10,359 nucleotides of DNA from an uncultured Thermoanaerobaculia bacterium (GTDB lineage: Bacteria > Acidobacteriota > Thermoanaerobaculia > Multivoradales > JBCCEF01). Shown here one piece after another: positions 6,573 to 10,359 of the stretch. The stretch covers positions 1 through 10,359 of the forward strand of contig CAZNIX010000144.1 of the NCBI GenBank assembly GCA_964573125.1, written 5' to 3'. Each line of letters begins with the position of its first letter. Positions within the stretch are counted from its first letter, which is position 1. A model generated the notes under the pieces. The model was not told the origin of the DNA and ran no database searches. It saw only the letters and a program-made list of their open reading frames with translations. The position numbers and the translations under genes are program-made.

Positions 6573-7910
6573 ATGCGAACCTTCGCCCTCGTCTCGTGCA
6601 CCCTGGTCACGCTGCTCGCCGCCGCGGCGCCGGTCTCGGCTGCCGGCACCCTCTACGGCGTGTTCTTCGACACTGCGGTCTCGGAAGAGACGCTCTTCGC
6701 GGTCGATCCCGCGACCGGCGCCCTGACCCCGCCCGGCGCGGGCATCGCCGACTGCTGCTTCATCGCCAGCGGGGTCTCCAGCCTCGATCCCGACGCCGGG
6801 GTCTTCTTCTTCATGGGCCGCCGGATGTCGGACGGTGCGGACGACTTCCGGATCTGGAGCCTCGACCTGGCGAGCGGAGCGGTGCTGGCCAACCCGCTGC
6901 TCCCGGCGGGCAACAACTACAACTTCCTGGAGTTCGATCCGTCGTCGGGGACGCTCTACGCGGTGGTGTTCGACACCGGGGCCGCCGAGGAGCGGCTGGT
7001 CGAGGTCGACCCCGCGACCGGCGCGCTGACCCCGATCGGCGCCGGCGTCGCCGACTGCTGCCTCATCCCGAGCGGCGTCTCCGCCCTCGACTCCGCGGGC
7101 GGCGTGTTCCACTTCGTCGGCCGCCGGATGTCGGACGGCGCGGACGACTTCCGGATCTGGAGCCTGGACCTGGCGACCGCGGCGGTGGGGGCCAACCCGC
7201 TGCTGCCGGCGGGCAACAACTGGAACTTCCTGGAGTTCGATCCGTCGTCGGGGACGCTCTACGCCGTGGTATTCGACACCGTGGCCGCCGAGGAGCGCCT
7301 GGTCGAGGTCGACCCCGCGACCGGGGCGCTGGGGACCGTCGGCGCCGGGATCGCCGACTGCTGCTTCATCTCGAGCGGCGTGTCGGCGCTCGACCCGGGC
7401 GACGCCGAGTTCCACTTCGTCGGCCGCCGGATGTCGGAGCCGGACGACTTCCGGATCTGGAGCCTCGGCCTCGCGACCGGCGCGGTGGCCGCCAACCCGC
7501 TGCTGCCGCCGGGCAACAACCACAACTTCCTCGAGTTCGACCCCGACGCCGGGCCGCCGGGGCCGATCGAGGTCGCGATCGACGTCAAGCCCGGGAGCTT
7601 CCCCAACAGCGTCAACCCGCGGAGCAACGGCGTGATCCCGGTCGCGATCCTGACCACCGAGAGCTTCGACGCGCTGACCGTCGATGCCGCGACCCTGCGC
7701 TTCTCGGGTCCGGCCGGCGCCCCGATCGCCCACGCGGCACCGCACCCGGAGGACGCCGACGGCGACGGCGACACGGACCTCGTCGTCCACTTCCGCACCC
7801 GCCAGACCGGGATCGCCTGCGGCGACACCGAAGCGACGCTGGTCGGCGCCACCCTCGGCGGCGACCCGATCGCGGGGAGCGACAGCATCCGGACCGTCGG
7901 CTGCTCGTAG
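6573..7910 (+). CDS. Secreted tandem-repeat protein, 445 aa: a signal peptide, three 101-aa repeats each with a vicinal Cys-Cys, and a C-terminal ~115-aa domain carrying an Asp-rich Ca-binding-like loop.
   Basis: The SD GGAGG lies 7 nt upstream of the ATG at 6573. The signal peptide is MRTFALVSCTLVTLLAAAAPVSAAG. The repeats are GTLY(G/A)VVFDT...VDPATGAL...GAG(I/V)ADCC(F/L)I.SGVS.LD....F.F.GRRMS...DDFRIWSL.LA.GAV.ANPLLP.GNN.NFLEFDP. The C-terminal domain is IDVKPGSFPNSVNPRSNGVIPVAILTTESFDALTVDAATLRF...PEDADGDGDTDLVVHF. I do not recognise the repeat family. Confidence 0.8.
   Translation: MRTFALVSCTLVTLLAAAAPVSAAGTLYGVFFDTAVSEETLFAVDPATGALTPPGAGIADCCFIASGVSSLDPDAGVFFFMGRRMSDGADDFRIWSLDLASGAVLANPLLPAGNNYNFLEFDPSSGTLYAVVFDTGAAEERLVEVDPATGALTPIGAGVADCCLIPSGVSALDSAGGVFHFVGRRMSDGADDFRIWSLDLATAAVGANPLLPAGNNWNFLEFDPSSGTLYAVVFDTVAAEERLVEVDPATGALGTVGAGIADCCFISSGVSALDPGDAEFHFVGRRMSEPDDFRIWSLGLATGAVAANPLLPPGNNHNFLEFDPDAGPPGPIEVAIDVKPGSFPNSVNPRSNGVIPVAILTTESFDALTVDAATLRFSGPAGAPIAHAAPHPEDADGDGDTDLVVHFRTRQTGIACGDTEATLVGATLGGDPIAGSDSIRTVGCS
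6645..7553 (+). repeat. Three in-frame tandem coding repeats of 303 nt (101 aa) at 6645, 6948 and 7251. Repeats 2 and 3 are about 85-90% identical at the nucleotide level, and repeat 3 carries a 3-nt deletion.
   Basis: Direct comparison finds GGGACGCTCTACGC(G/C)GTGGT(G/A)TTCGACACC recurring at 6948 and 7251. GCCGACTGCTGC recurs at ~6748, ~7051 and ~7354. GGCCGCCGGATGTCGGA...GACGACTTCCGGATCTGGAGCCT recurs in all three units. Confidence 0.85.
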
Positions 7911-8071
7911 ACAGGGAGCGCTCGCGGCGGCGCGCGGCAGCGACGGCACCGGGGACCTCCCGCCGCAGCTCGGCGATCACCACCATCCGCTGCTCGCGCT
8001 TCGCCGCGACCGCGGTCAACCCCGAGCGCCCGCTCTGCGGTAAGCTCTCGCCGCCCGAGCTTCGATCCGCC

Positions 8072-8791
8072 ATGACCCCACGCGCCGCCCGCATCCTTCG
8101 CCGGCTCGCCCTCGCGGTCGTGCTCCTCCTGGTCGCGGCCCTCGCGGCGTTCACCTACATGGTCGGCGGCCCGCGCAACCTGATCGGCATGCTGCGCTAC
8201 GACCAGCGGGAGGAAGGCAAGCTCCAGGTCGGCGATCCGGCGCCCGACGTCCTGCTCACCGCGCTCGACGGAGCGCCCGATGCTCCGCTGCTCGCCGACC
8301 GCGACGGCAAGGCGCTGGTGATCGTCTTCGGCAGCTTCACGTGACCGCCGTTCCGGCGCTCGGTCGAGCGCCTCGGAGAGATGGCCGAGCGCTACGCCGA
8401 CCGGGCCGTCTTCCGCACCGTCTACATCAAGGAGGCGCACCCGGAGGACGAGTGGCAGATGGACAGCAACGAGGAGGAGGACGTCTGCTACCGCCAGCCG
8501 CGGTCGCTCGCCGACCGGCTGGCGATCGCGCGCGACTTCACCGCCCGCTTCGACTACCCGATCCCGCTGCTCGTCGACGGCCTGGACAACGCGGCGATGC
8601 ACCTCTACTCGGGCTGGCCCGAGCGCTTCTACATCGTCGGCGCCGACGGCCTGATCGCCTACAAGGGTGAGCCGGGGCCGTTCGGGTTCGAGCCCGAGGA
8701 GGTCGAGGAGTGGCTCGAGGCGCATCCACACGCGGCGGCACACCCACCCGCGGCGGCCGGCGCCGCCTCGGGCGAGGAGCCCGCCTCGTAG
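8072..8791 (+). CDS. Iodothyronine-deiodinase-like thioredoxin-fold selenoprotein, 239 aa, with Sec at residue 91 encoded by an in-frame UGA at 8342-8344 and an N-terminal membrane anchor.
   Basis: The ORFs ending at 8344 and starting at 8381 share one reading frame. Reading through the TGA gives ...KALVIVFGSFT-U-PPFRRSVERLGEMAERYADRAVFRTVYIKEAHPEDEWQ ... YPIPLLVDGLDNAAMHLYSGWPERFYIVGADGLIAYKGEPGPFGF. The deiodinase family active site is FGS(A/C)TUP(P/S)F, followed by VYIEEAHPSDGW and then PERLYII..GKIVY.GG.GP. The N-terminus MTPRAARILRRLALAVVLLLVAALAAFTYMV is a transmembrane anchor or signal. A SECIS-like hairpin begins 6 nt after the UGA. The gene stops at TAG 8789-8791. Confidence 0.75.
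8351..8378 (+). promoter_or_regulatory. Putative bacterial SECIS element (an mRNA hairpin directing Sec insertion at the UGA at 8342).
   Basis: GGCGCUC (8355-8361) pairs perfectly with GAGCGCC (8366-8372), giving a 7-bp stem around the apical loop GGUC (8362-8365). The stem extends by UUCC (8351-8354) pairing with GGAG (8375-8378) across a 2-nt bulge (UC, 8373-8374). The apical loop contains G and U and starts 18 nt after the UGA. That falls inside the 16-37 nt window used by bacterial SECIS models. Confidence 0.6.
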
Positions 8792-8832
8792 CGGACCGGC
8801 CGCCGCGCGGGGCGACGCGGGGCAAGAAAAAG

Positions 8833-8862
8833 GCCGCCGCCCCCCGGTGGGGACGGCGGCCG
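8833..8862. terminator. GC-rich hairpin between the convergent selenoprotein and SPFH genes. It is probably an intrinsic terminator, best oriented for the minus-strand gene.
   Basis: GGCCGCCG-C-CCCC / GGU / GGGG-A-CGGCGGCC forms an inverted repeat at 8833-8862. It is flanked on the plus strand by AAGAAAAA (8824-8831), which becomes UUUUUCUU immediately after the hairpin on the minus-strand transcript, 16 nt downstream of the SPFH stop. No U-tract follows on the plus strand. Confidence 0.5.
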
Positions 8863-8876
8863 AAATCACCTCCGAT

Positions 8877-9986
8877 CTACAGCAGCTTGACCACCCGCTC
8901 GGCGAGGCCGCCCTCGCCGAGGACCACGGTCAGGTTCGCCTTGCCGGCGACCTGCTCGAGGACCTCCAGCTCGCGCAGGCGCATCAGAGTCGGGTTCGAC
9001 TCGAAGATGCGGGCGGTGTTCGCCTGCGAGCGGATGGCGGCGGTCTCCTCGCGGCGGGTGACCAGCGTGGCCTCCGCGGCCTTCTTCGCCTCGGTCACCC
9101 GGTTGAGGATCTCCTTCATCTCGCCCGGCAGGATGACGTCGCGGATGCCGAGCGCGCGCACCTCGACGCCGAACGCCTCGGTACGCGCGCGCAGCTTCGC
9201 GGTCAGCTCGCCGGCGACCGCGTCCTTGCCCGCGAGCAGGCCGTCCAGCTCGCGGCCGCCGACCACCTCGCGCAGCGCGAGCTGCGCCTGGCGGTAGAGC
9301 GCCTGGGTGGCGTCCTCGACCTCGGTCGCGGCGCGCACCGGGTCGGCGACGCGGTACGCGACCAGCGCGTTGAGCCGCAGGGTGACGCGGTCGGCGGTCA
9401 TGATCTCCTGCCCGGAGACGTCGAGCGCCTGCTCGCGCAGGTCGAACGCGACCACCTTGACGTCGCCCTCGCCGCGCCAGAACGCGTGCTGGCCGGGCGG
9501 CAGCGTCGCGACGTGGCGGCCGTCCTGGAACAGTAGGCCGACCGCGCCCGGCGCGACCGCCGCGGTCTGGAGGTGCACCGCGGCGCCCGGGGCGCGCAGG
9601 ACGACCTGCAGCTCCGGGTGCTCGAAGCGCACGCCGCGGGTGTCGATCACCTCGGCGCGCACCTCGTGGAACACCGTCCACACCGCGTGCAGGCCGGGGC
9701 CGAGGACCGCGCGCAGGCGGCCGTCGATCCAGACCAGCGCCCGCTCGTGGTCGCCGAGGTCGAGCACCCGGGCGCGCTCGCCGAGCGCCCCCGAACGCAC
9801 GATCACCTCGAGGTCGCGGTGCTCGAGCCAGGGCTCGCGCACCGGGACCTTCTCGACCCGGGTCTCGAGCAGCGGGTCGAGCACGGGGTGCCGGCCGGGG
9901 TCGAGCAGGCGCCGGAAGACGCCGGCCTCGAAGACCAGGCCCACCTCGTGCTCGCGCACGCGGGTCCAGCCGATCGGAAAACGCAT
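8877..9986 (-). CDS. SPFH/Band-7 (stomatin/slipin-like) domain protein, 369 aa, with three ~55-aa N-terminal internal repeats.
   Basis: The SD GGAAGGAGGTG lies upstream of the ATG at 9986. The ORF-track start at 10328 is an Arg-rich over-extension. The SPFH core is DVSGQEIMTADRVTLRLNALVAYRVADPVRAATEVEDATQALYRQAQLALREVVGGRELDGLL ... GVEVRALGIRDVILPGEMKEILNRVTEAKKAAEA. The N-terminal repeats are LVFEAGVFRRLLDPGRHPV, LVWIDGRLRAVLGPGLHAV and LLFQDGRHVATLPPGQHAF. The stop is TAA at 8877-8879. Confidence 0.8.
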   Translation of the reverse strand: MRFPIGWTRVREHEVGLVFEAGVFRRLLDPGRHPVLDPLLETRVEKVPVREPWLEHRDLEVIVRSGALGERARVLDLGDHERALVWIDGRLRAVLGPGLHAVWTVFHEVRAEVIDTRGVRFEHPELQVVLRAPGAAVHLQTAAVAPGAVGLLFQDGRHVATLPPGQHAFWRGEGDVKVVAFDLREQALDVSGQEIMTADRVTLRLNALVAYRVADPVRAATEVEDATQALYRQAQLALREVVGGRELDGLLAGKDAVAGELTAKLRARTEAFGVEVRALGIRDVILPGEMKEILNRVTEAKKAAEATLVTRREETAAIRSQANTARIFESNPTLMRLRELEVLEQVAGKANLTVVLGEGGLAERVVKLL

Positions 9987-10027
9987 CACACACCTCCTTC
10001 CCGCGCCGGCGAACCAGGCGGCCGGCG

Positions 10028-10195
10028 CGAAACCTGAAACCGAGACCGCCGGTCCCGTCCACGTTTCGAAACCCGCTCGCGCCGGACGGAGCCGGCGAGT
10101 GCAGGCGTGAAACCGAGCCGTCGATCTTGATCGCGGATCGGAACCCCGCTCGCGGCGAACGAGCCGTCGCGCGCAAGCCGGAAACCGAAACACGG
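10028..10195. promoter_or_regulatory. Upstream region of the SPFH gene carrying clustered GAAAC(C) motifs and a perfect 10-bp palindrome, GTTTCGAAAC. It is a candidate transcription-factor binding array.
   Basis: GAAACC-T-GAAACC occurs at 10028-10040, GTTTCGAAAC at 10063-10072, GTGAAACCGAG at 10107-10117, and GGAAACCGAAAC at 10180-10191. These are A/T-rich islands in DNA that is otherwise ~75% GC. The motifs AACCCGCTCGCG (10071) and AACCCCGCTCGCG (10143) also recur. Confidence 0.3.
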
Positions 10196-10359
10196 CACTC
10201 CGGCGCCGCGACCGAGCCGCGCACGCCGGTTGGGGGTGCGGACCGCGGGACCACCAGCGCCTCCGGCGCGGCCAGCCTCGCAGGCTGGATGGGCCCGCCG
10301 GGGGGCGGCGCACGGCCGCGCGCCGCACGCTCGGCGCGGGGTCCGCCTCCCGCGGCCGG

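Noticed and set aside
3083-6649. 1188-aa minus-strand ORF overlapping the 993-aa gene in another frame.
   Set aside because: The product is an Arg/Pro/Gly-rich low-complexity translation typical of shadow frames in ~75% GC DNA. The overlapping 3349-6330 frame has a signal peptide, an SD and recognisable domains. The 1188-aa ORF also runs through the divergent intergenic region.
6645-7553. Possibility that the tandem repeats are a CRISPR array or a mobile-element repeat.
   Set aside because: The period is 303 nt with no short repeat/spacer alternation. The repeats are in-frame and translate to a conserved protein unit within a gene that has a signal peptide and an SD. This is an intragenic coding repeat.
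6567-7949. 460-aa antisense ORF opposite the tandem-repeat gene. This entry also covers the other antisense and alternate-frame ORFs at 2110-3246, 3247-4653, 4657-6420, 8866-10254, 295-1341, 780-1256, 8667-9536 and 9307-10110.
   Set aside because: All give RGAP-rich low-complexity proteins with no start or SD context. They overlap well-supported genes that show GC3 bias in the true frame. These are classic high-GC open-frame artefacts.
8014-8046. Possible sigma70-like promoter (GTCAAC ... TAAGCT) upstream of the selenoprotein gene.
   Set aside because: The spacer is about 20 bp and the -35 match is poor. This is not supportable without expression data, and the gene may be co-transcribed with the upstream repeat-protein gene.
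6329-8344. 671-aa plus-strand ORF read as a single long protein.
   Set aside because: Only its last 90 codons (from the ATG at 8072) are real; they form the N-terminal part of the selenoprotein. The upstream part is an Arg/Pro-rich shadow frame overlapping the genuine tandem-repeat gene (6573-7910), which is in another frame.
8877-10328. ORF-track start at 10328 for the SPFH gene (483 aa).
   Set aside because: The first 114 codons are Arg-rich low complexity. The in-frame ATG at 9986 is preceded by a strong SD (GGAAGGAGG) and begins the conserved region.

Overview
This is a very GC-rich (~74%) bacterial chromosomal segment. Its codon usage and motifs suggest a Myxococcota or Anaeromyxobacter-like organism, but that is a low-confidence guess. 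I support nine protein-coding genes; all other long ORFs in the track are high-GC shadow frames.

Plus strand:
- A secreted clan GH-A glycoside hydrolase whose 5' end runs off the window.
- A small 77-aa protein whose gene overlaps the next one by 17 nt.
- A minimal nucleotidyltransferase-fold protein.
- A secreted protein built from three near-identical 101-aa tandem repeats, each carrying a vicinal Cys-Cys pair.
- A thioredoxin-fold, iodothyronine-deiodinase-like selenoprotein. An in-frame UGA (8342-8344) falls inside the FGSxT-U-PPF active-site motif and is followed 6 nt later by a SECIS-like hairpin. The ORF track had split this gene into two pieces.

Minus strand:
- An SPFH/Band-7 protein with three N-terminal internal repeats.
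- A 993-aa secreted protein combining a PD40/TolB-like beta-propeller with c-type-haem-like motifs (CGGCH, plus a Planctomycete-cytochrome-C-like segment carrying CTGACH).
- A signal-peptide-bearing group-I truncated haemoglobin.
- An NAD(P)-binding atypical SDR/epimerase-like protein.

The most notable points are the mis-split selenoprotein, the secreted haem-protein cluster (truncated haemoglobin next to a propeller-cytochrome-like protein), the Cys-Cys repeat protein, and the overlapping small-protein/nucleotidyltransferase pair.
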